Virus record (IMG/VR): IMGVR_UViG_3300045988_138778
Location: 1-13,930 of that record
Direction: 5' to 3' (one strand)
Source of the DNA: a virus
Length of the DNA stretch: 13,930 bases
The notes under the pieces are model-generated. The model was not told where the DNA came from, did no database searches, and saw nothing but the letters and a program-made list of their open reading frames with translations. The position numbers and the translations under genes are program-made. Positions 7,477 through 13,884 of this stretch are shown here, in pieces. Positions within the stretch are counted from its first letter, which is position 1, and each line of letters begins with the position of its first letter.

Positions 7477-8088
7477 TTAGTATATCAAAAGCAAGAACTG
7501 TTGTTTGAATTTATCAATCAAATAATCGTACATGTTCCAATCAGCAACACGGCGTTCCTCTTCGATCATCTGCTGACTGGTTGTTACACCAATGTTGCCG
7601 TGTACTCGCCCTGTGTGTTTTAACTCTTCCTTGCTGTTGCCCTCGCTTTTGCCGGTCTGTGTGCTCTCGTTGGTGCTATCATTGTCATTTTGACCGCTGG
7701 TAACAAGGTTTCCGCTGTCAAAGCCAGCCGCCTTGCTAATATCGGTACTATGATTTTTACCCTTGCCCGTGTCGGTGCTCTTCACATTGCTGTTAGTTTG
7801 ATTATTGTCTGTCCAATCCTCTTGCCGGTCATAGTTTTCAATTGGGTTGTATTCCAGCTTTGTTGTGTTCCACATCTTTTCCCAACTGTCTAAATGTGCG
7901 CTTGACCATATGCCAATGACAGAGCGCATGGTTGCGGGGTTTGAAAAAAGCACTTCCATTTCCGCTGTCTCCATCAACAGATTGTTGATGTACAGTTGTT
8001 TGTCCATGCCATCCGGCAACACAAGCTCATCAAAAATGCTATTGTCGTATTGATACAGCCCTAACAGTGACAAGGTTGCTCTACTCAT
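7477..8088 (-). CDS. Putative lower collar / head-tail adaptor-tube protein (203 aa)
   Basis: I prefer ATG 8088, preceded by GTGAGGGCGG, which overlaps the portal stop (ATGAGTAG). The track's 7477..8178 reading would start inside the portal gene. It sits directly downstream of the portal, as phi29 gene 11 does. The central Asn/Ser/Thr/Gly-rich segment (NQTNSNVKSTDTGKGKN...NDNDSTNESTQTGKSEGNS) fits an extended tube-forming insertion. Confidence 0.45.
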   Translation of the reverse strand: MSRATLSLLGLYQYDNSIFDELVLPDGMDKQLYINNLLMETAEMEVLFSNPATMRSVIGIWSSAHLDSWEKMWNTTKLEYNPIENYDRQEDWTDNNQTNSNVKSTDTGKGKNHSTDISKAAGFDSGNLVTSGQNDNDSTNESTQTGKSEGNSKEELKHTGRVHGNIGVTTSQQMIEEERRVADWNMYDYLIDKFKQQFLLLIY

Positions 8089-8992
8089 CTTCGCCGCCCT
8101 CACTTCCCGCGCTGATCTGCGGCTTGTTGCGCCACTCCACGCCAAGTTTGATGCCAAACATTTTGCTAGTTTGGGCAAAACTCTTTTGCAGCTGATCCAG
8201 CCACAGATCCGCTTTGCTGGTTACTTCCACGTTGTTCGCGTTGACCTCATCGCTGATAAGGCGCTCTTTTTTGTCCGTGTTTGCGTTAGGGATACCAACG
8301 TCCGTGTCAAACATCATTTCCCACTTGCGCAGGTCTGCCAACGCATCACCGGCAATATAGTTTTGCCCCACATTTTGCTGAAAAGGTATCCAAGAGGGGT
8401 TGCCGCTCTGGACATCATACAACGCGGTATCAACAAATGTTGCTGGCTCACCGCTTGCTACACGGTCAAACAGTTTTTTCTGGCTCTCCGCCGTGTTTTT
8501 ATTTTTACCAAAAAACACATAGGACAAACGGCTATTGACAAGGTTTACACCTGCGGTTTCCGCGGTCAATGACATCATATCGGCATAAAATCCCACCAAG
8601 TCCATAACGCTGCCATAATCAGGTTGCAGCTTGATAAGCGTGCATTGCGTGCCGATCTCCAACCGGCGCAAACCTCGAAGCAGGGGATTTGTGACAAGGG
8701 CACGTTTGGGCTGATAAAAGATGTTGTACCCGTCAAGCCCGCACTGCTGCGGGATAACTCCGTACTTGTCAGTGTTGAGTACGGCAATATAGCCGATGCC
8801 GTACAAAACATACAAAAAATAGTCTCTGTCCCACGTTTCCGGCAAATCCCACTTAAATACAGACATTGCTTTTTGCAGCAAGTAGCGGGCAAAAAAGCGT
8901 TGCAGCTCTGTGTTTTTGGTGTGTACCGTGCTAGGGCTGTGCTGACTTACTTCTGCGTTGATGTAATCGTACATATAAGGCGCGGCCTGCAT
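8081..8992 (-). CDS. Portal (upper collar / connector) protein, phi29 gp10-like (303 aa)
   Basis: The size is close to phi29 gp10 (309 aa). KWEMMFDTDVGIPNANTDKKERLISDEVNANNVEVTS parallels gp10 [36 protein letters not shown] as I recall it. I prefer ATG 8992, which lies 8 nt after AAGGGGG and shares one nucleotide with the upstream stop (TAATG), over GTG 9001. Confidence 0.85.
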   Translation of the reverse strand: MQAAPYMYDYINAEVSQHSPSTVHTKNTELQRFFARYLLQKAMSVFKWDLPETWDRDYFLYVLYGIGYIAVLNTDKYGVIPQQCGLDGYNIFYQPKRALVTNPLLRGLRRLEIGTQCTLIKLQPDYGSVMDLVGFYADMMSLTAETAGVNLVNSRLSYVFFGKNKNTAESQKKLFDRVASGEPATFVDTALYDVQSGNPSWIPFQQNVGQNYIAGDALADLRKWEMMFDTDVGIPNANTDKKERLISDEVNANNVEVTSKADLWLDQLQKSFAQTSKMFGIKLGVEWRNKPQISAGSEGGEDE

Positions 8993-9543
8993 TATTTGCA
9001 CCCCCTTGCCATTTTAAGCAATAGCCATACCGGGATTGCTTTTTTCCCCGGCGTGGGCGGCTCTGGGCCGGGGCCGGGCGGATTGTCTGCACTCCATGTT
9101 ACATCATACTTACCAACCGCGTTAGGGATGCCCAAAATCCGGGATGGATCTTGACGGTAACGAGTAGAGCGTCCGCCAACCCAATACTCCCAATGGGTAT
9201 GCACACCGGTTGCATTGCCGGTCTGACCCTGTGTGCCGATCAAGTCACCCGCATTGAGCACCTCTCCGACCTTATGTGTCTGTGCCTTAAAGTGCGCAGC
9301 CAGCCAATAACGTTTGTTGCCCATATCTACCACGATATAGTTGCCCCAACTGTCATTGCCAGTTTTGCCGCCTTGCCAAGTGTGCGCAGTCACAATCGTT
9401 CCGGCCTGCGGGGCAAACGCCAAAAAATCAGTTGGATGCTTGGTGTCAATGCCGCCGTGGTGCGATCCGTCCGAATAATACGGATATGCTGCGGTCACTG
9501 TGATTGTGCTTTCATCGGTGATACATTGCGGATAGCTTGCCAT
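8992..9543 (-). CDS. M23 (LytM-type) peptidoglycan endopeptidase, virion-associated lysin and/or endolysin (183 aa)
   Basis: HxxxD is present (HHGGID), as is HxH (GVHTHWEY), with a G-rich strand GTQGQTGNATG between them. These are the canonical M23 metallopeptidase signatures. ATG 9543 is preceded by AAAGGAG. The C-terminus is a Pro/Gly linker (PPGPGPEPPTPG) followed by a short hydrophobic/basic tail (KKAIPVWLLLKMARGCK). Confidence 0.85.
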   Translation of the reverse strand: MASYPQCITDESTITVTAAYPYYSDGSHHGGIDTKHPTDFLAFAPQAGTIVTAHTWQGGKTGNDSWGNYIVVDMGNKRYWLAAHFKAQTHKVGEVLNAGDLIGTQGQTGNATGVHTHWEYWVGGRSTRYRQDPSRILGIPNAVGKYDVTWSADNPPGPGPEPPTPGKKAIPVWLLLKMARGCK

Positions 9544-9558
9544 ATATAATCAACTCCT

Positions 9559-11040
9559 TTATTCAAAATAAAATCCATTATTAAGATGCTCGCGGATCGC
9601 GCTGATCTCCATTGACGTTGCAGGCGCGGAAAAATCGCTGTCGGAACACATGATATAGCCGGACAAGCTGCTTATCTTGCGTTTCTCACAAACTGGATAG
9701 CCGCGGTGCTCTGGAGCTTCTCCAACCAAGTCCCAAAACTTGCCTAACAGATACGGTGTAAAACCGTACTCTACAACACTGCCCTGTCCACCCCTTGATA
9801 CACTTTCTGCGGTCGCCTGCTGCGCTCCGCTCTGGATGCCGTTGGAAATTGCCGCTGCGTTTTGGTCAAGTCCTAATGTTTCAGCGCCGTTAATCCAGTC
9901 ATGGACTTTGCGGGTAATATCTGCGGCCTGCTGGAAAAATGACTGCGCACCGGCAACTACACCGCCCGCAACTGCCTGCACAACTCCGCCCGCTGTATTA
10001 ACCATGCTTGTGATTTGCCCGATTTGAATCTGCACCGCAACGTTACCGGTTAAAGTCTGGAAAGCGGCTTTATAATCATTACGGGCGGAAAGCTCCAAAA
10101 CTGCATTTCCAGTGTATAGGTCAATTGCCAATGTACCATACAATATATTTGTATTATACAAGCGACTGCTATCAATGTCAATCAATCCAAAACCGGGCAT
10201 ATACATTTTATAGGTGCTATAAGGGGCTGCTTTCAAGTAGGAGTGTTTACTATCTACTGCGGGATTTTTGGGGATCGCAACGTTAAAACGATATTTTAAG
10301 CTGTCGTTATTTTGGTCAAGTATCCAGAATTTAGCGCCAACATCTAATCTCCACCAACCGACCGGCACACTCTCCACAGCGGATGCATCTGGAAAACTTG
10401 CCCCGAACGGCAACCAATACGCAAAGCTGAAATACTGTATAGGATTAAACAGCGCTTTTGCAAGATTGCTGCTAATTTCGTTGGGGTCAATATTGAGATA
10501 GTCGCTATCCGATAGTAATTTTGTCATTAACTTTTTAAAACTGTCTGCCTTACATGCTATTGTGGTAGTAGATCCAAAAGCATTATAGCCGGATGCCTGC
10601 ACGCCAAAAATAAAAGTACCGCCCTGCACGTTATCTGTATAAATCGCGGGCAAGTCTTGCCTTGCTAATCTTGCATAGCTTAATGTCGGGTATGTGGTAT
10701 CTATAATATCAGGATTGACAGCGCTTGCGGCTCGCACAATATACTCTGTACTATTAGCTATCTCATTGCGCCAGCTGGCAAGCGGATCCACAGTCATGCT
10801 TGCGTACCACATGCCGCCCGACCATGTCCAGTTATCAACAAAATAAAATCTGCCAAAATCGGGAATGTATGCATAGTTCCACGCGTGGGGGCTTTCAGAC
10901 TGCCCGAACGCTACAAAACCAATTTCCGGCGCTAACATGCTGCAAGATTCCCGCAACTGACCTTGCACGCCTTTTGAAGTACCGGACGGGCGGGCGGTGC
11001 TGTTCAGTTTTTTGGCAAATTGATATAGTGTAATGTTCAA
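9559..11040 (-). CDS. Tail knob / distal tail tube protein, phi29 gp9-like (about 493 aa)
   Basis: It lies between the capsid and portal genes. The N-terminal pattern (NITLYQFAKKLNST ... NYAYIPDFGRFYFVDNWTW ... MTVDPLASWRNEI ... EYIVRA) parallels phi29 gp9 (NYIMFQN..KWFYAFVT..FEIDVLQTW..FIVREH) as I recall it. I prefer TTG 11040, which lies 5 nt after AAGAGGTG. The track start TTG 11058 falls in the U-tract of the upstream terminator and has no RBS. Confidence 0.6.
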   Translation of the reverse strand: MNITLYQFAKKLNSTARPSGTSKGVQGQLRESCSMLAPEIGFVAFGQSESPHAWNYAYIPDFGRFYFVDNWTWSGGMWYASMTVDPLASWRNEIANSTEYIVRAASAVNPDIIDTTYPTLSYARLARQDLPAIYTDNVQGGTFIFGVQASGYNAFGSTTTIACKADSFKKLMTKLLSDSDYLNIDPNEISSNLAKALFNPIQYFSFAYWLPFGASFPDASAVESVPVGWWRLDVGAKFWILDQNNDSLKYRFNVAIPKNPAVDSKHSYLKAAPYSTYKMYMPGFGLIDIDSSRLYNTNILYGTLAIDLYTGNAVLELSARNDYKAAFQTLTGNVAVQIQIGQITSMVNTAGGVVQAVAGGVVAGAQSFFQQAADITRKVHDWINGAETLGLDQNAAAISNGIQSGAQQATAESVSRGGQGSVVEYGFTPYLLGKFWDLVGEAPEHRGYPVCEKRKISSLSGYIMCSDSDFSAPATSMEISAIREHLNNGFYFE

Positions 11041-11055
11041 AATCACACCTCTTTT

Positions 11056-11087
11056 CAAAAATACCCCGTGCCATAACTGACACGGGG
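11056..11087 (-). terminator. Rho-independent (probably leaky) terminator after the major capsid gene
   Basis: The minus-strand RNA reads ccccgugucA guua uggcacgggg, a 10-bp stem with one G-U pair and a 4-nt loop, followed by UAUUUUU. It lies between the capsid stop (11101) and the RBS of the tail-knob gene. Confidence 0.7.
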
Positions 11088-11100
11088 CTGTTATTAAAAG

Positions 11101-12315
11101 TTAGTCAAGCAGCAGGACAACGGCCTTTTCAGTGTTATCTTGGATCGTCTTGATGGTTGCGTGCTCTGCTGTGTTCCAGTAGCCGCCATCAATGTTCAGC
11201 GGCGTGGTCGCGCTCCACTTGTTGGTATAGCAGTAGCCCAATGCATCACGGTCGTGCATGATGCCAAAAATGCCTGCCTGCTTAACTTCGGCGGTCGCTT
11301 TCTTAACCGCGCCGGTAGTATCGGTGTATACCGGCGTGATTGCGATACTGTCGGGGGTCTCGATGCTCTGCCAAAAATTGATACTCTCAAAATTGCCAAG
11401 CGACAGATAATCGTCATGGTAAGTGGGCGACAAAACCATGGTGCGCATTTGATCATATGCTTTACTGTACAGCGCAACGCGCAGATTCTCCGCGCGGGTG
11501 TGACGCAAAACAGGCTTGGCGTTAATGACGGTTTGATACATCTGGCTCCGCTCGCCCATCAGGCGGGCAATAGTATTAACGCGAGCCGCAACCCAACGCA
11601 TAAAGGGCGCAAAGTTTGCGGGCTGATAGACACTCTGCGCGGTAAGCTCAAGGCCGCTTTCTGCGTTGTACTCGGTCAACAGATGGACAACGCGCGTTGC
11701 CTGCTTTTCGTCCAAAAGGGCACCGATAAAGTTTGCTTGCATGCCGCGGGCGACAGCTTCACGGTAAGACTCTTTATCGTTGTTGCGCTCCGTCATGTTC
11801 ATTGCATTAAAACGCATAAATTCGTCCGCGCCGGACATTGCGACGTCAAACTGATCCTTAAAAGTGGTGTAGCGCTGCTGGTATACTGCGGTACCGTAAA
11901 AGTTAGTTTGCAAAACTTCCTGTTTACTGATCTTGTACATATCCACGCTTTCACCATTGCCAAGTGCGTTAGTGTCGTGACCTGTTGCATCATATGCGAC
12001 AGGCCACATAAAACGCTGATCGTCCTGCATCTTGGCAGCAATGGGACTCATCTTGCGCAGTGCATTGCCGTATCGCGGCAAATCCATTTCCAGACTAGTA
12101 AGAGGGCTAGTATAGTCGCGCACTGCGTAAATTGACCGGCTCCAAAGCTGTGACAGTGCGTTAATAATGGGGTCATAGCCGGTTTTAAGAGCGGTCTGCG
12201 CGACAGAAACAAACTGTTCAGGCGTTGCAATATTGGTAATCACTTTCTGCCCGGTTGCCTGTTCAACGGCCTCGCCAAGGATGGACGCGGCCTGTGAAAT
12301 AGTCATATCATTCAT
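11101..12315 (-). CDS. Major capsid protein, phi29 gp8-like HK97 fold (404 aa)
   Basis: It follows a scaffold-sized gene. The C-terminal core GIMHDRDALGYCYTNKWSATTPLNIDGGYWNTAEHA parallels phi29 gp8 [35 protein letters not shown] as I recall it. It is the largest head-module ORF and is followed by an attenuating terminator. Confidence 0.85.
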   Translation of the reverse strand: MNDMTISQAASILGEAVEQATGQKVITNIATPEQFVSVAQTALKTGYDPIINALSQLWSRSIYAVRDYTSPLTSLEMDLPRYGNALRKMSPIAAKMQDDQRFMWPVAYDATGHDTNALGNGESVDMYKISKQEVLQTNFYGTAVYQQRYTTFKDQFDVAMSGADEFMRFNAMNMTERNNDKESYREAVARGMQANFIGALLDEKQATRVVHLLTEYNAESGLELTAQSVYQPANFAPFMRWVAARVNTIARLMGERSQMYQTVINAKPVLRHTRAENLRVALYSKAYDQMRTMVLSPTYHDDYLSLGNFESINFWQSIETPDSIAITPVYTDTTGAVKKATAEVKQAGIFGIMHDRDALGYCYTNKWSATTPLNIDGGYWNTAEHATIKTIQDNTEKAVVLLLD

Positions 12316-12325
12316 GGTTTACATC

Positions 12326-12616
12326 TCATTTCTGTGTTGCGGGTTTGGGCGGCAAGATAATGCTTGCAAGCACATCTTCCGCCGTCTGGGGTTTCGGCTG
12401 TTCAGTCGCCGCAATGTTCATGGTTTTGATCTGTTCGCCAAGTGCGTTAATTGCGGCAATAATACCGCCCGCATCCTCTACGGGTGCAGCGGGTGCAGCG
12501 GGTGCAGCGGGTGCAGCGGGTGCAGCGGGTGCAGCGTTGTCAAGAGTGACAAGCTTTGCAAGATCGTCTTTAGTGTAGCCTGCACGGCACAGGGCAATAA
12601 TATCATCAATAGTCAT
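12326..12616 (-). CDS. Putative scaffolding protein with (Ala-Ala-Pro)x6 linker (96 aa)
   Basis: Both size and position (directly upstream of the capsid gene) match phi29 gp7 (98 aa). ATG 12616 is preceded by AAGAGGTG. It has a short helical N-terminal module (DDIIALCRAGYTKDDLAKLV), the AAP repeat, then a helical C-terminal part. The function is inferred from synteny. Confidence 0.55.
   Translation of the reverse strand: MTIDDIIALCRAGYTKDDLAKLVTLDNAAPAAPAAPAAPAAPAAPVEDAGGIIAAINALGEQIKTMNIAATEQPKPQTAEDVLASIILPPKPATQK
12481..12536. repeat. Perfect 9-bp tandem repeat (cgggtgcag) x6 plus a partial copy
   Basis: Read directly. Six identical 9-mers span 12481-12534, followed by cg. On the minus strand this reads GCT GCA CCC x6 and encodes AAPAAPAAPAAPAAPAAP inside the scaffold-like gene. 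Confidence 0.95.
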
Positions 12617-12619
12617 AGT

Positions 12620-12829
12620 TTACACCTCTTTCAATACAGTTGTTTTAGCGGGGTCATTGATAAGTTTGACAAGCGTGTCTTTATCGCCTACTGTCATAGG
12701 GCCACATGCAGCATTCTGGTTATAATTGGCGGTGTATTCGCTATAATAACCGATGCCAAGTTGCTTGCATTTTCTGTATACAATACACGCTTGGACGCTG
12801 GTAATGTCGGCATACATAACAACATACAT
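12620..12829 (-). CDS. Hypothetical protein (69 aa)
   Basis: ATG 12829 shares one nucleotide with the upstream stop (TAATG). The stop lies 3 nt before the scaffold gene start. I recognised no motif. Confidence 0.6.
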   Translation of the reverse strand: MYVVMYADITSVQACIVYRKCKQLGIGYYSEYTANYNQNAACGPMTVGDKDTLVKLINDPAKTTVLKEV

Positions 12830-12981
12830 TATGCATCACCGTCCATTTTGCCTATGTGCTCGCAGAGTTTTACAATGGCAGCGGTGTTTTCCTTGATCGT
12901 GGTGTTACTCTGCCACCACATCAGCAAAAAAGCCGCAATCGGAAAACCAACCTGCTGGATGATAGTACTGATCTCTTCCAT
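12829..12981 (-). CDS. YvrJ-like small membrane protein, holin candidate (50 aa; absent from the ORF track)
   Basis: My own translation from ATG 12981, preceded by AAGTGAGGTG, gives MEEISTIIQQVGFPIAAFLLMWWQSNTTIKENTAAIVKLCEHIGKMDGDA. There is one hydrophobic segment (VGFPIAAFLLMWW). The pattern ME..I..I..VGFPIA..L resembles the YvrJ family of small Firmicute proteins as I recall it. It is the first gene after the late promoter and leader. Confidence 0.6.
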   Translation of the reverse strand: MEEISTIIQQVGFPIAAFLLMWWQSNTTIKENTAAIVKLCEHIGKMDGDA

Positions 12982-13012
12982 GGTTTACACCTCACTTTCA
13001 GACGGACGGATA

Positions 13013-13098
13013 TACAAAAAGCGGGAAAAGACTCTTGACCCGCTACAAGGTCGTGCGCCGGATTCCGTCCGTATAGCTTGCGCATCTTTTCCCGCTTT
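13013..13098 (-). terminator. Promoter-proximal structured leader RNA ending in an intrinsic terminator
   Basis: On the minus-strand RNA, aaagcgggaaaaga (13098-13085) pairs with ucuuuucccgcuuu (13031-13018), a 14-bp helix, and is followed by UUGUAUAU. The helix encloses two smaller hairpins: ugcgc..cgga-cggaa-uccg-gcgca, and gacc-uuguagcg-gguc. It lies directly downstream of the -10 element and 30 nt upstream of the first late-gene ATG. Confidence 0.6.
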
Positions 13099-13099
13099 C

Positions 13100-13128
13100 A
13101 TAGTATCATATTATATTGTAAGTGTCAA
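13100..13128 (-). promoter_or_regulatory. Consensus sigma-A/sigma-70-type promoter heading the structural/lysis operon
   Basis: Minus strand: TTGACA (13128-13123), a 17-nt spacer, then TACTAT (13105-13100), with TG at the extended -10 position (aTGaTACTAT). The -35 overlaps the stop codon of the upstream small ORF. Confidence 0.65.
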
Positions 13129-13313
13129 GAGTTAAAATAAAATTTCCACTCCATATGGGGATTGACTAGCAAGGTGTCAAACTCATGTTTTGCAAGTGCG
13201 TAAGGCAGATCACCATATTCTCCATTATAAATGCAACGGTCGTTATCATACACGCGGATACTTGTTTTAGGCTGCATTGACACACACACCCGGTAAAAGT
13301 CACTGATTGTCAT
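13125..13313 (-). CDS. Small early protein (62 aa), paralog of the left-arm 47-295 product
   Basis: I prefer ATG 13313, which lies 9 nt after AAAGGGGA, over the track's TTG 13319. Similarity to the left-arm ORF is described under that feature. Confidence 0.7.
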   Translation of the reverse strand: MTISDFYRVCVSMQPKTSIRVYDNDRCIYNGEYGDLPYALAKHEFDTLLVNPHMEWKFYFNS

Positions 13314-13328
13314 TGCCAAACATCCCCT

Positions 13329-13529
13329 TTATATAGTTGTCTGCCCATACGGCAAATCATTATTACATTCGTTGCGTTTATCCTCATTGATAAGGTGCTT
13401 TGTTCTGCGTGCCATTGCGCACACGGGCAAATGGTCACATGTTGCGCATGATTCATTGACACCACAACTGCACAACAGATCATTGATTGCACGTTCAAGC
13501 GCGGTGCGCTTTGCTGTGTAAGTTGTCAT
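13329..13529 (-). CDS. Cys-rich small early protein (66 aa), possible zinc-binding regulator
   Basis: ATG 13529 overlaps the upstream stop (ATGA). It carries the cysteine cluster CSCGVNESCATCDHLPVC (CxCx5Cx2Cx5C). The function is unknown. Confidence 0.6.
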   Translation of the reverse strand: MTTYTAKRTALERAINDLLCSCGVNESCATCDHLPVCAMARRTKHLINEDKRNECNNDLPYGQTTI

Positions 13530-13687
13530 ATAATCACCTCAGTTCTAATAGATGTATCATCAGGCAGCCCCATAAAATCGCAATATCTGTCAACCGCCTT
13601 TTCTGCTTCATCGGGGCGTTGCCCGCGATAAATTTCAACATGGTTTAGCACGTCATACGCAATGACTAACACATTTGTATATTGCAT
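13526..13687 (-). CDS. Small acidic early protein (53 aa; absent from the ORF track)
   Basis: My own translation from ATG 13687, which lies 8 nt after GAGGAG, gives MQYTNVLVIAYDVLNHVEIYRGQRPDEAEKAVDRYCDFMGLPDDTSIRTEVII. Its stop overlaps the next start (ATGA). It has about 10 acidic and 5 basic residues. Confidence 0.55.
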   Translation of the reverse strand: MQYTNVLVIAYDVLNHVEIYRGQRPDEAEKAVDRYCDFMGLPDDTSIRTEVII

Positions 13688-13746
13688 GTCAATCACTCCT
13701 CGCAAATATCAATTACAATACCGAATACCCACAACAGATTAAGCAT

Positions 13747-13884
13747 GTTTCAAACCTCTCTAATAACTTGCCCTGTGCTATACTCCGGGTTAATCTTGCG
13801 AGCCTGTGCAAGCGCTTCGTCAAAACTTTCTGCATTAACAATGAGTCCGCACAAGTCATCACCCGTTATAAACCATTTTTTCAT
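13747..13884 (-). CDS. Small early protein (45 aa; absent from the ORF track); its start codon lies inside the right ITR
   Basis: My own translation from ATG 13884, the ITR copy of the ATG at 47 with the same ITR-borne RBS, gives MKKWFITGDDLCGLIVNAESFDEALAQARKINPEYSTGQVIREV. Confidence 0.5.

Noticed and set aside
11140-12135. A 331-aa ORF on the + strand.
   Set aside because: It lies entirely antisense to the major capsid gene, whose minus-strand product has phi29 gp8-like motifs. It has no RBS and a Cys/His/Arg/Val-rich composition typical of antisense frames. The + strand here would also oppose the whole late operon.
12481-12536. The tandem repeat considered as a CRISPR array or other spaced repeat.
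   Set aside because: The units are 9 bp, directly abutting with no spacers, and in frame within a coding sequence.
12233-13135. A 300-aa ORF on the + strand containing GCSGCSGCSGCS.
   Set aside because: It runs antisense across four minus-strand genes plus the promoter and leader. Its repeat is simply the other-strand reading of the 9-bp tandem repeat. It has no RBS.
13310-13498. A 62-aa minus-strand ORF overlapping the 66-aa Cys-rich ORF in another frame.
   Set aside because: The 13329-13529 frame is start/stop-coupled (ATGA) to the upstream gene, and its stop precedes the next RBS. The alternative frame has no RBS and would run through the RBS and start of the following gene.
13688-13746. 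A 59-nt gap on the right arm with TTGTGG-18-GATATT and a direct repeat GGTATTC/GGTATTG (minus strand), considered as an internal promoter or operator.
   Set aside because: Both hexamers are weak and the spacer is 18 nt. The predicted start would fall inside the GAGGAG RBS of the next gene. I cannot separate this from chance.
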